DNA of 64,000 nucleotides. Source: Eledone cirrhosa (taxonomy: Eukaryota). Shown piece by piece: positions 28,322 to 44,089 of this stretch; the stretch's first letter is position 1; each line of letters begins with the position of its first letter. Both the position numbers and the translations under genes were made by a program. Under the pieces are notes generated by a model. The model was given only the letters and a program-made list of their open reading frames with translations, was not told the DNA's origin and searched no databases. The stretch covers positions 136,090,001 through 136,154,000 of the forward strand of contig OZ024741.1 of the NCBI GenBank assembly GCA_964016885.1, read 5' to 3'.

Positions 28322-29610
28322 TATATAGTTAAACATGATTGTACACCTACAAAATACCAAAGACAACAGTTTTGATTGATGGCTGCCATAGCATTGTTCT
28401 ACCTGATGACTATAATATATATGTTGTATATTATATAGGAAAATAAGATCTACAAATCATCTACGGAAAACTTATCACAACTGTCTACTATTTGCATCAG
28501 TCAGCGCCACCCTAGCTAGATGTAATTCACTACATATCTTGTCTACCATATATCCATAAAGATTCGCATTACATCCTAACCTACATTAACTTTGGAGAAT
28601 TCTATTCGGGCATAAGAAATTGACCGTATTCTATGGTTGGTTTGAACTTTTGGTGAAAATATCCGGCATTAGTGTCTGGAAAGTATGACATAGATATTTT
28701 CTTGAGTAGAATTTAATCTCAGAAGATTAAACTATTTCGAATTACTGCTTACACCAGAAAAGAGGAAATAAATGTTTATGATCATATAGCAACTAATGAT
28801 GACACTCGCTTATTTTAATAGCATCAACATAATATTTATTAATTAAATCTGCTGTCACTATAAAACTACTCTTAATTTAGGGAGAGAGCTTGACTTTGTG
28901 TCCTTCAGCGAAGTATTATATTTCCAGTTGCTCTATTCTACTCTGCTGTAGGTTAAACGTTCATTACCACTGACGTGAATGTTTTTCGTGTTAGTCCAAT
29001 GATCAGATATTTGCACATTAATATCATATGTGGGTTGTTCTATTGCTCAAACAATGCAATGCAAAGCTAACCTGGGCGGGATTTGAAATTAGAATGTAAA
29101 GGGGCGTAAGTTTATGCCAAAAAAGCATGGTGTCCGACGTTCTCCCTTTATTACCAATTCACTGCCCTTACTACAAATAAATATTAAAAGGCAGAGAGAA
29201 ATGGTCGACATTATTTGAGAGAATGAAGTTCAAATTGTAGATCTCACTTGGGACGCTAAACACCCACTTGGGACGCTAAACACGCTAATAAATAAAATGT
29301 TATGAATACAATTTTAAACGAAATGGGAGATGGTGTCAGCTACGGTCCTTACTGTCACTACTGAGACATATGTCCTGACTAATATAGTTGTCATTACTGA
29401 CACAGATGTCAATACTGACACAAAAGTTACTAGTATCACTCTTATCACGTGTCGCTCCTTCATCATCTGTTGCTATGCACAGGAGATGCTACAAAATGTC
29501 TAAACTCACTGACAGATATAAACATACACACACACATTTTTATGTCTATATTTACATGTGTGCACAAAACATATACTCGTAAACTATTTATATACACACA
29601 CATACACACA

Positions 29611-29648
<38 letters not shown>

Positions 29649-29659
<11 letters not shown>

Positions 29660-29973
29660 ATAGCTTTCACCGTATTTTTGACTAAAGGAATTTTAGCTTG
29701 ATAACGGGGTTTAGAACCCTCAGATAAATGGAAAAAGATGAGTATTGACGTACATGGGAGTCGAACCCACATCTGTGGTTATCGCGATAAAATTACCCCG
29801 TTATCAAGCTAAAATTCCTTTAGTCAAAAATACGGTGAAAGCTATATATTTTCTAATTTCAAACTCGCTCACTGTTTCAAAAAATACTTACTTGCCATAT
29901 ATATATATATGGCAAGTAAGTATGTTTTGAAACAGTGAGCGAGTTTGAAATTAGAAAATGTATAGCTTTCACC

Positions 29974-29975
<2 letters not shown>
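29649..29975. mobile_element. TA-flanked double fold-back element with a tRNA-like segment
   Basis: 29649-29710 is the reverse complement of about 29795-29856, and 29911-29975 of about 29832-29896. The reverse complement of about 29746-29786 contains GATAACCACAGATGTGGGTTCGACTCCCATGTACGTCA (B-box/T-arm). Confidence 0.75.
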
Positions 29976-30017
<42 letters not shown>

Positions 30018-32147
30018 ATGTGTGTGTGTATATATACATATATGTATGTATGTGTGTTAGTATGTATGAATTTATATGTCCGTGTATACCATTGTTTCTC
30101 AATAATACCAATCACCACCACCACCATCACCACAGATGATATTGAGATATGATAATTTAATGTTGTGTTATGACTAAAGTTATTCCCAATCAAGTGTTGT
30201 TTCGTCTATATTTATTTGCTGCAGATGTCTAATAGACAAAGAAGATTGCAGTTTCTGAATATTATATGTGTTTATTTCTTGTTTTGACCCCCCCCCCCAA
30301 CCTTCCTCGCTTCATTGATCTGAAGATTATGAACACATATTTCGAGATTCATCTCCCTCACTGCTTAACATCTATTGTCCTCGGTGGCATGGCATTGACA
30401 GGTTGTCACATCCTGAGGTTAGACAGTTAAGATAATGACTGCTTTTCGTTCATATGTTGAATTGTTTCATGATTTCCACATCTGGATGACTTTCTTAACG
30501 CCAACCATTTTACAGTGTAAACATAATGCATTTCATTCTAGCCCGAGCACTACCACGTACAGTATGAAATGGATGCTTTAAATCATGGCACCAAAACTAC
30601 AATTTTACTAGACGGACTATGTGCCTATCATCATAGCACCAGTACTGCCAGTTAAGAGGGTTGGTTGCGTACGTTTTAGAGTGGTATGGGACCTTCCACT
30701 TTAAAGTGCTGGCTGGGTAACCCCAACTTAATACGTTACAGAGTGGGCTAAGCAAGTTTTATCATGGCACCGAGACTATAACTCTATAAAAACAGGATGC
30801 GAGGTTTAATTTTTTGTTACCAAACCGCCTGGAACCAGCCCTGGTTCATAGATCCTAAAGTGTTTCTTTAATATTCGATCTTATTTTATCTAAGAACCTT
30901 TATTAGGTTTTACCTCATCCTCATCTTGAATAACGAGAAAAAGAATTATATGACTAAATTCCTGCAAATTCTTGATTATTTTCAAAATTATTTGAAAATT
31001 ATACAGCTATTTCCGTAAGGAATATGGCAACGAAACAGTTTCATCTCCGTCAGTTTCGTAATTGGTGTCTTCGATCCCCGAATGTCGTTTTCTCCAACCA
31101 GATCAAGATAAGAGCTTCTTACCTGAGGAAGAAACCTCGTGAGGTGAAATGGCTGATGCTGCAATTATCGCTGGATACTCTTCGCGATAAGTCTTTTGTC
31201 ATTCTTTCCGCATGTCGCTACTGGACTATATCCTCCAGACAAAGGTGCAGAATTTGTTGTTCACATTTTTCTCTACGATTTCTTTCTTCTTATTGATTAT
31301 GAATATCAATTTGCCTTAATAAAAATCATTGGCAATTAACGCGGGTTAGTCAAAAACATATTCGAAAGACATCAGGTTCAAATGGATGATTGAAAACTAA
31401 CACACAACCAATGAAAACTGATTTGGTTTATTTTTATAAAATGCTATTTTGCTAAAACGTCTCATATCTCTAAATTGCAATGATTATAATGTGCTATTGT
31501 TAGTGGCAAATTGCATTCGAAAAATCTAGCTGTAATAAAAGTAAATAGCTTAGGGTACTGAATAATATTATTGGTGGAGTTGTAATATTTTAGTTGCTAG
31601 ATAAGCTTGCAGCAAGCTAAGATAGATAAATTACAGAGCAGTAATATAATTAAGAAATTGAAAATAGCTATAATTATAGAGAAAGGGCTGTTTTATCCTG
31701 TAATTTCGAATAAATAATTATGCGTTTGGCTCCAGGAATAAGTGCTTATATTTACACATATTTGACTCCAGTAATTATAAAACTATGTCAACTACACTAA
31801 ATTTAGTTTACACGTAAGCATAGTCATTAAGGTAATACATATACAGTAAAAACTGATTTATTCAAAAAAGCACAAAGCCCAATATTGTAAAGATGTGGGG
31901 GAGGGAATAGTTGATAGTATCAGTGTATCACTGATACTTACATAATAGACAAATGGGGAAACGAGTAGCGATGTCTATACATTTTAGAAATACAAACGTG
32001 AAAACGCTGAATGTGGGATTGAGCACTACAAGGCAATGTTAAATGACTAAATTAGTTCTTAAATCTATGAACGACTTGAACAGTAACTCCTAGTATTCTG
32101 AAAGGATTATTGGTGTCTTACATTAACACAGGACCATAAATGGTTAA

Positions 32148-32337
32148 TAATTGTTTCTACTTTAGGCACAAGGCCAGCAATTACCCAGTGCATTACTGGT
32201 ACTTTATTTTATCGACCCCGTAAGGATGAAAGGCAAAGTCAACCTCGGCGGGATTTGAACTCAGATCGTAAAGGGACGTAACTATGCTGGAAAGCATGGC
32301 GTCCGACTCTCTACCGATACTGCCAATCCACCGCCCT
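32148..32337 (-). mobile_element. tRNA-derived SINE, family A (about 190 bp), well-preserved copy
   Basis: Reverse complement: A-box TGGCAGTATCGG, B-box GAGTTCAAATCC, core GCCTTTCATCCTTACGGGGTCGATAAAATAAAGTACC, tail GTAGAAACAATTA. Confidence 0.9.
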
Positions 32338-32789
32338 AAATGGTTAATAATGTAGAGAAATGAATTGAATCGATACGGTGTTGGAACTCAGTTGGTTACC
32401 ACAACTATTGTTCTAGTTGTTTGAACAACGGAACAACCTGTGTTTACAATTAACCTAGAAGTGGCTGAGTATTTCTCAGACACAATGCAAATTTAACGTG
32501 ATTCTCGGGATGTTTCAGTTAGTCAAAATGTATCAAAATACTGGCTCGTTGAATTAGAGGTGCAACTCAGTTTAGCCAGCTAAGTGAACTCATTTAGTTT
32601 ATATAGCAAGGGCAATGTGAAAACCTACAAATTGTATCCGTGTTTATTATTCTATAAATTACATACCTTTCGGTTTTCTTTTATTTATTTGGTAAAGAGT
32701 ATAAGAGGCAAATGTTGGGAACTGGAATGTGAACAAACGTTGATTTAAACCTTTCGTTACTATATATTACTCGATGGGTTTGATGCTGA

Positions 32790-33530
32790 GTGCTGCGTGG
32801 GTGAAGTAAAAATAACTGTTGCGAAAACTGAGACAATCGGCCTCTTAAGGGAACCTGTGCAGTACACTCTACATGTGAATAGAGTTCCACTGAAGCAGGT
32901 GGAGAAGTTCAAGTGTTTCTGGGGCGTATTCACGAGTGATGAAAGGCAAGCGGCTGAATTAAGTGCAAGAATTGCAGGAACCGTCGCCGTAATGCCCCAG
33001 CTTCAGCATTTAGTAATCAGAAGGTAGGTAGGTGTAAAAACCAAACTCGCTATCTTCAATTTGGTATTCGTGCCAAACTTTACCTATGGTAATAAATCTT
33101 GGGTAATGACCGAATGTATACGATCGCGAATACAAGTGGCCGAAATGGGGTTCCTCTGAAGGGTCTATGGAGTAACGTTACTCGATAGAGTGCATAGCTC
33201 GGAGATCAGAGAGTGACTGCAGGTAGAACCACTACTTTCCTGAATTGAGATATCACAGCTCTAATATTATGTACAACTAGTTAGAATGAGTGTTCCAGGA
33301 AAGAATCACTACGCAGATTTCACAGGCAAAACCAGCCGGCGGGAGAACCAGGAGTAGACACCGGGAAAGATGGCTGGATAACATCCATGAGCTTGGCTGG
33401 TCTCATTGGGGAATTTTAGCGGATCAATTGGAGACGGCTGCTTCTGACAGGACCCGCTGAAAGGAATGTTTAAGTACTCTGCTCCCACGGCCCTCTCAAG
33501 GGTGAGTGGGCGAAGAGGAAAAGAATGAAT
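32790..33530 (+). mobile_element. RTE-clade LINE 3' fragment (RT C-terminus and tail)
   Basis: KITVAKTE, LKQVEKFKCFWGVF, TKLAIF, TYGNKSW, IQVAEMGFL*RVYGVTLLDRV; ends GAATGAATG. Confidence 0.85.
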
Positions 33531-34779
33531 GTTACTATATTTTAAATAAAATATGCTGTCTATATTTGAATCATTTGGAAAATAATCATGAATATGAAGT
33601 GAATAATGGGAAATGTAGCTATATATATCTACATTTCCCATTATTAAGTTGATATGATTTTAGATAGATACAAACAATTTAAAAGAAACAATTCTGTATC
33701 ATCGAACAAGGGGCTATTACAGGCGGCATAATATAAAATTTGGTGACATCAATGTTTTTAACCAGTATGTTGCGTATGATACATATGTGTACCGTGTGAT
33801 TGTTTTGTGGCTATTAAAATATTTAGAAAACTGCTGACAATTTTCATACCAGTTCGATCTACAATAACACTTATAACATTTTGATGACATGCTGCAACTC
33901 TTTTATCGCTATTTTCAGTGTTATATATAGATTGAAAATGTTGACGATTATTGTTCGTCTCTCAGTTTATACCAAAAGTCATTTTGCTGCAATATTCTAA
34001 ACACAAGCGACCTAGACGCATATTTGTTTTGTGAATCGTTTTAAATCTCGAAAATGTATCCAGCTGTTGACTATCGAGGCATAATGATATAGTGTGCTAT
34101 TAGAGGGTTAAACAACAAAAACAACAGCAGTAGCAGCAGTAGCAGCAGCAGCAGCAGTAGTAGTAGCTGTTACCTTTCGCGTCACCCTGCATGCGTTTCT
34201 ATAGATGGAAACTCATAAACCATAATCGAAAGAGATAACGAAATAACGCACAACACTTTTTATGGTGGGAAGGTTCTACTACCCAATATCTGTTTTATTT
34301 GATTTTGTAGGAGAGCAAGAGTATCAACACGGGAGAATTCATAACTGAACCAATAAAAACAGAAACAAAACCAACAACAACAAAAAAGAAAAGAAAATTC
34401 CCTATAAATTCTTCAAACAGATATTTCGGATGTAAAATCTTTTGATCTCTCAAATGATATAATTTGTTTTCTGTTTAAAAGTTTATGGAGTTAAATTGAA
34501 AAAATGATAATGATGTTCAACAACAGCAAAAACAACTACAATAGTAATAACAACAATAATAATAATAATGATAATAATAATTTTGCTAAACAAGTGAATG
34601 CTTATGTTGTGATAAAACATAGTAAGCTTGCGTATGATGTCGTATGAAGATTATCTCTGGTGACATTTTATATATAGATTTCTATCTGCTCGGCTAAAAA
34701 GCAAACAGACTACCTCAAATAACCTTCGATAACCGAACTCAGAAATTTTCGAGTAATTATTTCACTGTGGGAATGTATA

Positions 34780-34823
<44 letters not shown>

Positions 34824-34939
34824 TACTGTAAATTTATACATAACGATACTGTGGGTGGTCGTCAATAAATATAGTGTTTAATATATATATATATATATAT
34901 GTAAAAACATTTTGTCTGAATTACTTTACCGATTATAAA

Positions 34940-35565
<626 letters not shown>

Positions 35566-35655
35566 TTTCATTTCTCACTCTTAGTACGGCACTTACTTAA
35601 ATGTAAGTATGTATGTATACGTACATACATATATGTATACAGACGTACAGTAGCA

Positions 35656-35703
<48 letters not shown>

Positions 35704-36129
35704 CAGGTACACATACATATATGCACGTATCAGTTTAGCCGACGCTTATTATAACGCCGCTTTGTTCGTTTGTAAACAAACTGAACAGCCTGAATTTATG
35801 CCATACGGTGTTAAGGCAACCACGTCACCTTTTTGTTCAACACTGACACAGGAAGGATGTACTAGTTTCAAGCTTGTTAGCTATCGTCAGCACCGTATAC
35901 CTTTCTGCCAGATGGTTGAACGTTCGAAAGTATATACTTTCCTTATAAAAATTAACGGCTGAGCAGCCTAATTTGCATATCGAGTGAGTTCAGTCGGCTA
36001 GGCGCACCGAAAGCGATAAATGGAATAGAATGAAACGAAATTTCATTTCCCACTCTTAGTACGGCACTTACTTAAATGTAAGTATGTATGTATACGTACA
36101 TACATATATGTATACAGACGTACAGTAGC

Positions 36130-36196
<67 letters not shown>

Positions 36197-36225
36197 CAGG
36201 CACACATATATAAACAAATCCTTTG
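35566..36225 (-). mobile_element. Second copy of the 8.2-8.8 kb hammerhead family, partial tandem (about 475-bp period)
   Basis: TTTCATTTC.CACTCTTAGTACGGCACTTA occurs at 35566 and 36041. (TA)n flanks. Confidence 0.8.
35856..35894 (-). ncRNA. Minimal type I hammerhead
   Basis: Reverse complement: ggtg CTGACGA t agct aaca agct t GAAAC ta GTA catc. Differs from 8529-8571 only at N7, the loop and unpaired positions. Confidence 0.82.
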
Positions 36226-36304
36226 TTATATATATATATATAGAAAAAGTTGGACGGGAACAAAAACAGAGAAGCAGTACAAATAAAAGTTTATTAGGTT
36301 CACG

Positions 36305-36345
<41 letters not shown>

Positions 36346-36752
36346 CAGGCATGAGTTGAGCCGTCTGGCCCTGACTCTTTCTAATATAGCCAAACTGTAC
36401 TATCCGAAGTATCGAGTACTCCTGAGTAATGGCCTAACCAGTTTAAAACTGGTTCTATCCTGATAACATATTGGTATGCTTATATACATTTTTTCTTCTA
36501 ACTTTGATTTTATAGTGTATGGTTGACGATATATTTAATTGATTTCCACGTGCTATTAGAAATGGTGGGTACATATTCTATAGTTGTTGATCACGGATAG
36601 ATAGCTGTAGTTTATTTATCTATTATTTCTTCATAGGTGCCTTTTAATCTTCATAGGTGCCTTGTTTAATTGTTTTTTTGTGTGGTTGATTATGCTGATT
36701 GGGAGAGGAGATGGTGTATATATTTTATCAAATGATTCTATGGACATACTTT

Positions 36753-36853
<101 letters not shown>

Positions 36854-37451
36854 GTGTGTATCATATGTGTGTACGAGTAAATGTCTGTATGCATATATTT
36901 TGATTATTATACTAATTATTTAACGGCAAAATTAGACTGCCTGACTAAACGATTTGTATTCGTTTTGATGTTTCTCGCTTTCTGTTTAAATCCCGCCGAG
37001 GTCACCTTTGTTTTTTATCCTTCCGGGGTTAATGAAATAAATTACCAGTAAAATATAGCATTTGATCAATTTAATCAACTTTCCTCTCCCACCTCGAAAT
37101 TGGGGGTCTTTAGTTTAAATTAAAAATTCGTTATTATACTTATTATATAAAGTTATATCCCTCTTCCTTTTCTCAATTGAAAAAAGAAAAAGAAAAAGCA
37201 TATAATGCCTATGGCAGGATCTTATTAATGCTCTTTTCAAACCGGATCATTTGGTAGGCTAACAAGAAGGTCACTACGTACTCACGTCTTTAGAAATAGC
37301 CAAATATAATTTAAATGAGATTCTATAATTTATAGAAAACACATTGGATAACATTTCTTTGGCATCTAAGAAACATATTAGATGAAAACGACTGGAATAT
37401 CTTTGATCATCGATTTGCTTGATGAGGTCCGACCTAGAGTCAAACAACAAC

Positions 37452-37544
<93 letters not shown>

Positions 37545-39867
37545 CCATTATATATATATATTTTCTAGAATGATTGCGGTGTTTGATGCGAAATCAATTT
37601 TTATAAATATACGATATTTATGTATTTATTTATTTTAGTTAGAAATTTCCTTGAAATAAATCTGTCATAGTTAATGATTCAGCACTGATGTTTGATGTCG
37701 GCTTTTTGATTTTCGTTTTGTATTTGTACGGAAGTTACTTTGAATCCACACATAACATACTATATAGCTGAGTTTCTGTAAAAGATTAAAAACATCAGTG
37801 AAGTTATTTCAATATATTTTAAGGGAAATATCAATGACACATAGCATTAAGTGAAAAAGTCAAACAAATTTGTTATTTCAACGGTTAAATGTGTGTGTCA
37901 AAAACAAACGAAAATAAATGGTTGGTGTTTTGAAACCCCGGAAATTGTATTCTAATGCACGTTAGATGCCCGTAAACATGTCTGGAAATCTCTATCGAAC
38001 GTGATTAATGAATGAGAAGATTTAATATGAATTCAAGAGACGCTTTTGTCTTTGCCAATTCGTATTATGATATAAGGAAAATATTATGTCCATTTCGTTA
38101 TTGTATTGAATGTTATTTTCAGTTTATTTCGATCATTGCTATGAATAAGATGGACATTATTATTTTGGAATGAAATGTTGCTATGATTCCCATCACATTT
38201 CAATTGAAAAGTGTGAAGATTTAGCCTAGGACACCATTCAGAACTTGGTTTCTTTCTTTAGTAATTTGCATACCGCATACATATATGCGACTTCAGTATT
38301 TAAATTTGGCAATAAATGAATAAAAAATCTAGTTAGGGCGACAACAGTCTTTCTATTGATTAATGTATTTTTTTTATTTAATATTTGTCTTTATTACCCC
38401 TATGTATAAATTTATTAGAAATGTAACAGAAAATTAATTTATTTATCTCATAGATTCTTATTTATAGAAAATAAATTCTTGCTATAAAAAATTAAAATTA
38501 AAATACAAACGGTGTAATAAAAACTTTAATTGACAAACAAACTATTCTCTATAATTTAGTACTACGCATTTGAAAAAAAAAACATTATTTATATACACAA
38601 TAGTTAACAATAAACATAAATAAATAGACAACAAGAAAATAATCAACAGCGACATAACTGAAGCTAATAAAACTTGATCTAAATATAAATATATTATACT
38701 TATACAGTACATGATGATAACCAACCACCAAGAGAAAGAAAATATCTGTTTGATGAACATTCATTTTATGGCTTCGTATCCATTGTAACCAACATATATT
38801 TTATAACTTGACAAAATAAATATATATATTTTAACATGTCCAGACCTAAGATTAGTAGATTTCATTTGGATTTTTATTGTGTATTTCGAGAAGTAAATTT
38901 ACTGCATTTTATTACTAGTGTTGTTTTTTTATTACTCACTACCATAATACCATTGTATTGTGTTGTGAATTTACCGTGAATGTCTACCACATTCTAATTA
39001 AATCCTCCGTGATAAGAGTATTACATACAGTGTAACTTAAATGATTTATTTCATACAATAAAAACTGATAATTCCAGGAGAATGAATGTATTTATATTCC
39101 ACTAGAATTGTTTTTATTCTATTATATCGTGGAATCGAATGATATTTCAAATAACACTATATTTAAATTAGCTAAAGTAGGTGACACATCTCTCCATTAA
39201 CGAAACAAAAATCGTGACGGCTCATTTTACTTCAGTACAAACAACAGTCTGGTCCATGGGACATATCAAATTTATTTTATAATGATTTTCCGAGATTTGA
39301 TTTTAATCTGCACAAGGCCAACATTTGTAAGGATGCGGGTTAATCGATAGAATTCAGCAAGTATATTACTGTTATATATTTATGTTGTTTGTTGCATCGC
39401 TTATTGTTGATGTGTATCCCTAGGATAGACCTGATCAAGCATTCTCTTTAACAAAGAAACACGTCTAATTCATTATTATACCAACTTATATCCTGATTTA
39501 TTTAATGTAGAAATGTATGTACTACATACTATGACTTACAGGGGTGCATTGTAGGAAATGCACTGCATTTGCTGCATATACATGTAATACCAGAGGAAGG
39601 CAATAAGATGACGATCAGAGGGTGAGAGTTGCTGTTCCGCGGCACTAATTGTTGAAAGCCTGTACCCCCAGTACAATATTTCAGGTTGGTGAGGCTGTTG
39701 GCATTCTAATTATTTCTGGTTGAAATTATATTTGCTGATTGCCATGTTGCCAAAACGGCCATTAGAAAGAAACACAAGCACCATATAATTCTCACTTCAT
39801 CTTTATTGTTCGTTATTCATTCGTTTGTCAAAGTTATTCGTCACACATTCTGTGACCTCAATGAATT

Positions 39868-40141
39868 GGTGTTGGTAATGGTGGTGGTGGTAGTTGTAGT
39901 AATGGTGGTAGTAGTATTAGTAGTGGTGGTGGTGGTAGTAGTAGTAAGACAAAGGGTAGTGGTAGTAGTGTTGGTGGTGGAGGCGACGGTAATAATAGTA
40001 GTAGTGATAGTGGAGGTGGTGGTTGTAGTAGTTGTCGTGGTGGTTGTGGTAGTGGTGGTGATGGTGGTAATACTACTACTACTACTACTACTACTACTAC
40101 AACTACTACTACTAGTAGTAGTAGTAGTAGTAGTTGTAGTA
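39868..40141. repeat. (GTA/GTG)n and (CTA)n trinucleotide repeat
   Basis: Direct reading; source of the poly-Val and poly-Thr ORFs. Confidence 0.92.
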
Positions 40142-41040
40142 AGATGTTTTAGACAAACTCTTCCAGTCATTCTAAAAGGCAATAGGATTGATGAAATCTG
40201 AGCCTGTTTGAAAGAAATGACACTGGAATTCTATCAAAGTTGTGAAGCTCGCTATAAACATCAGGGCATATATTGGTGGAGAAGAACAATCAGAGCAGTT
40301 CGTCCCGTATCTATTAATGATTGGGGACTGAAGACTGCCTGTAGATAGTAAGGGAGTTATTGATATAAGTCTCATATGCACAATGGTTGAATCTTATTCC
40401 ATCTCATCGGAAAAGTGTTCCCTAATCTTGAATATCAGTTCGCACGTCACACGAGGCTCTGTGAAAAGGCGATATTGGCCCCCAAAAATGTGGCTGTGAA
40501 GTTAGTAAATTAAGAGCTGTTAAAATGAATTCGAAACTCTATCGATCTGTCGACACTGTGGTCAATTACCCGACAGAGTTCCGCAACACTTTAGAACCAT
40601 CACGAATGCTTCCATCTGTCCATGTTATTGAGGAATTCGGAGACCCCAAGGCCATGCAACGATACTCAATTAGTTGTGAAAAATATGTATCCACGCGTGA
40701 ATCAAGCTACTATTTCAACAGGATATGTTAGGAGAGAGGATGTGTTCGTTCCAAGAACTCCTCATATCCCCACTAATGACACATTTCAAGTCAAATGACT
40801 TCCATTTCCAGTGAGTCTTAGTTTTGCTATGATCATCAACAAATTATCTCGACAAATATTGTTGGTTGCCGGTTTACACATTGAATATTCCTGCTTCACT
40901 CTTAGTCAGCTTTACGTTAGATATCCTTATCGAGGGGACTGTCCTTCAAGGAGACATGATCCGACATGAAATTTAAAAAAATTGAAATAAAGGCATACTA
41001 TTTTCATAAATGCCCGGCAACGACGTGCTTCTCAGGTAGT
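40140..41040 (+). mobile_element. Helitron 3' remnant (Pif1-type helicase pseudogene)
   Basis: FRQTLPVI..G...DEI*ACLK, AILAPKN, YRSVDTVVNYPTEF, GEDVFVPR, FPVSLSFAMIINK, SQLYV. A degenerate terminal hairpin CCCGGCAACGACGTG is followed by GTAG|T at about 41013-41040. Confidence 0.8.
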
Positions 41041-43923
41041 ACACACACACACACACACAAACATATATATATATATATATAAAGAAGGAAGTAGAGAGCC
41101 ATGCTGCCATATTTGGGGAATAAGATATTCTTTCAAATATTGAAGACAAGGCAGCTTGAATTTAATCTTATATTTACGATTCTTCACATTTAGATTTTCG
41201 AAAACATCTAAATGAAGTGGTGACAGCAGTGCTTTGCTGATGTATTTTTGTAGTACGATAGCTAATTACAGGATTGTTGTCAACATAAAATCTGTCACTA
41301 TCTTAAATTGTGGATCTTGTTATATAACAACATTTATAAGCTGCAATAAACAGGAAAATTAAGATGAATAAGATGCATGTGTTTCTTTATATTCATTTCT
41401 GAAATATTTTATTACTATTTAAAACAAATAAAAATTGAAAAAAGAATAAAAGCATCAATAAATTGTAAAAAGTTAAAAGCAGCAATAAAGGAGCTTATAA
41501 AATGAATATGCAGTTCTTTCCGCAACAACTGAATGTTTTTTCTCCCGGATTGAACATTAACATGTCAATATACTTTCCGACGAATATGTAAGCCGTTGAT
41601 TTAAGGAACCTCGAGATGACAGCGTGCAAAAAAACTTAAACATTTCGGTAATACATTTATATTGAAATGAATCGTTGAAAATAAAACGACGTTTTTACAT
41701 CAAACATTGCAACGATCTTGTTATTGCTATTGATGCTTCTGACAGTATATTAGATTTAATTTCATGGCGATAATTTGCTTTATTTTACTTTATTCCATAC
41801 ATAATTTGCTTTCCATCCAGATTAGAGGATATCTTCAATTAACTCATTATTAAGACTTGGATACACGGAAGATAATTATATATATTTTTTTTAGAATAAA
41901 TATGATTTCAACTATTAAATTTAATTATCTTATAATTAGAGAGAGAGAAAAAAAACGATGCTTTACGGCATTGCATATTTTCTTTTGCATCATTAAAAAG
42001 AAAATATGAAAAGAACTAATTTGAAAGCAATGCTTTAGAAGCCAAATTGCTATCTGGAAGATAAAAAAGAAAAACATTTCTAATTAAAATAAATATTTTG
42101 ACTCGAAAATTGTTTTTAGTAAATAATAAAAAAGCGGTTGTATTGATGCTATATAAATTACGCATTTACAAAATATATACATATAACTGTTGAGTTTTCA
42201 GTAAATTGTAATTATATAAATTTGAATTCAGAGAATATTGATATATTTCACTTTACATTATTTTGTCCACTAATATACCAGGGAGATATTTGTATGTAAC
42301 TTGAGGAACACTAGTATACAAAAATAAATGACCAAAGAAGAGTAATAGTAGAAATGTAAAGACAATATAGCTTGGTACCGTTGTTACCGATACTGTATTA
42401 AACTTTTAGGAGCCAACATGTGACTTTGTAGGTCAATGGTGCGTTCAAACCTCTGATCCCAGACAGGGCAACCTTCTTTTTGTGTAAAATGACATACGAA
42501 TGGCATGCGGCATTTCGCTCTGCTTTCTCCGCTCCCGTTATTCGTTAAAATGGTCGCTTCCTGCTGATTTGAAGTTCTTGAGTCAATCATAAAGCATCGA
42601 TTCAACTTCAGTCGGCTATTTTCCAACATTTTCCACTGTTAGTTCTTAGATACCACATTTTTCTTAATTAAGTTTATTTACGTATATCCTAGAACCGCCC
42701 CCTTTACTTGATTTGCATGCGTTTTTCTTCATTTTCATGTTATGGACTCTGAAATTATAAGGGATTTGTAGAGGTGCCGTCTTCATATGCGGCGTTTCCT
42801 TGGACTTTACACCTGGCACAAGCTATCCATCACCGGACCTAAATCACCCTATTTCCTCCAGAGAGAGAGAAAGAGAGCAACAGAGATGAGACGAAAAAGA
42901 TATATCAAGGACTAATCTACCACAGAACTGAATTGTACTTTATTTATCGCCCTCTATTTAATGAAAACAAAGTTGACCTCGCCGGGATTTAATTTCAGTA
43001 TTCGGAAAACAATATCGTAGCGTAATTATTCAACGTGCTATCGACTTTGCGAGATAATCTTTCATTTTGCAGGGCCTAAAGCAATGTTTGGGTTAAGAAT
43101 TCGTATGAAATGGCTAGCCCATTCAAGATCGTATCGCATAAACATGGTTTTAACACACTTGAGATATTGGCTTGCTCAAGCACCATAATCTTTCTTCCTT
43201 TATTCTGCCAATAGATGCACAGAATTGTCCTCAGTTATCTGTAGCTGTACATTTCTTTCTCCTGAAGTTTGGTTGTCGGGCTTGGACTATGACCCATAAA
43301 TACACAATTCTGCTTTACAAGTAGAATTAAACATGACACTAAAAACTAACATATCTGTGTTGGGACGTTAACAGCGTTAAAACCACATTTATGGAGCTAA
43401 ACTACCCTATGATCACACACGATATGTACATTGTTATAATACAGAAAACATTCGTTCTACATGGTCATCGAATGTTAAGCTTTTCACTGTCAGCATTACA
43501 TTGACGGATTATGCGAAATTAGTTCCCCTCGTCATTATCCGCGTTCTGTGATTCTTGATGAAATACATTGTAGAGCAAAGTGAGAGACCAAAACGAAATA
43601 CAAAAACGTTATTTAATCCCAGGCACCATTATTTCTTCTACTTTGAGTATATGAAAATGATCACCACAATAACTATGTAATTATTGTGGTTATATATATA
43701 TAAAATACAACTGATTCTACACGAAAATTTCCCCAGCGGATCTCGTAATATTATTTTGGTGATCTTGACAAACATTAATATCAGAAATGTATATCTCATG
43801 GAATTGAGCTCTTTTATACATTTATTATTATCACATATATCAATCGAATGTAATTTCAATACATCCAATCCAGATACATTATGTAATATATATACATACT
43901 CACACACGCATACGCACACGTAT

Positions 43924-43996
<73 letters not shown>

Positions 43997-44089
43997 TATA
44001 TATACACTATCCAGGAAGCTCCAACTGTTAAGGTTGTCTTTTTTCAGGGTATGTCAATATTTATTTATAAAACTAATCTGTATTGTATT

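Noticed and set aside
28395-28455. CTGATGA-hairpin-GGAAA hammerhead candidate
   Set aside because: Stem II forms, but stems I and III do not pair.
29700-29732. Minus-strand CTGAGGG as a hammerhead core
   Set aside because: A9 is missing and there is no suitably placed GAAA/NUH.
39806-40201. Poly-Val and poly-Thr/Ser mucin-like ORFs
   Set aside because: Trinucleotide repeat; only the last about 20 codons are Helitron helicase.
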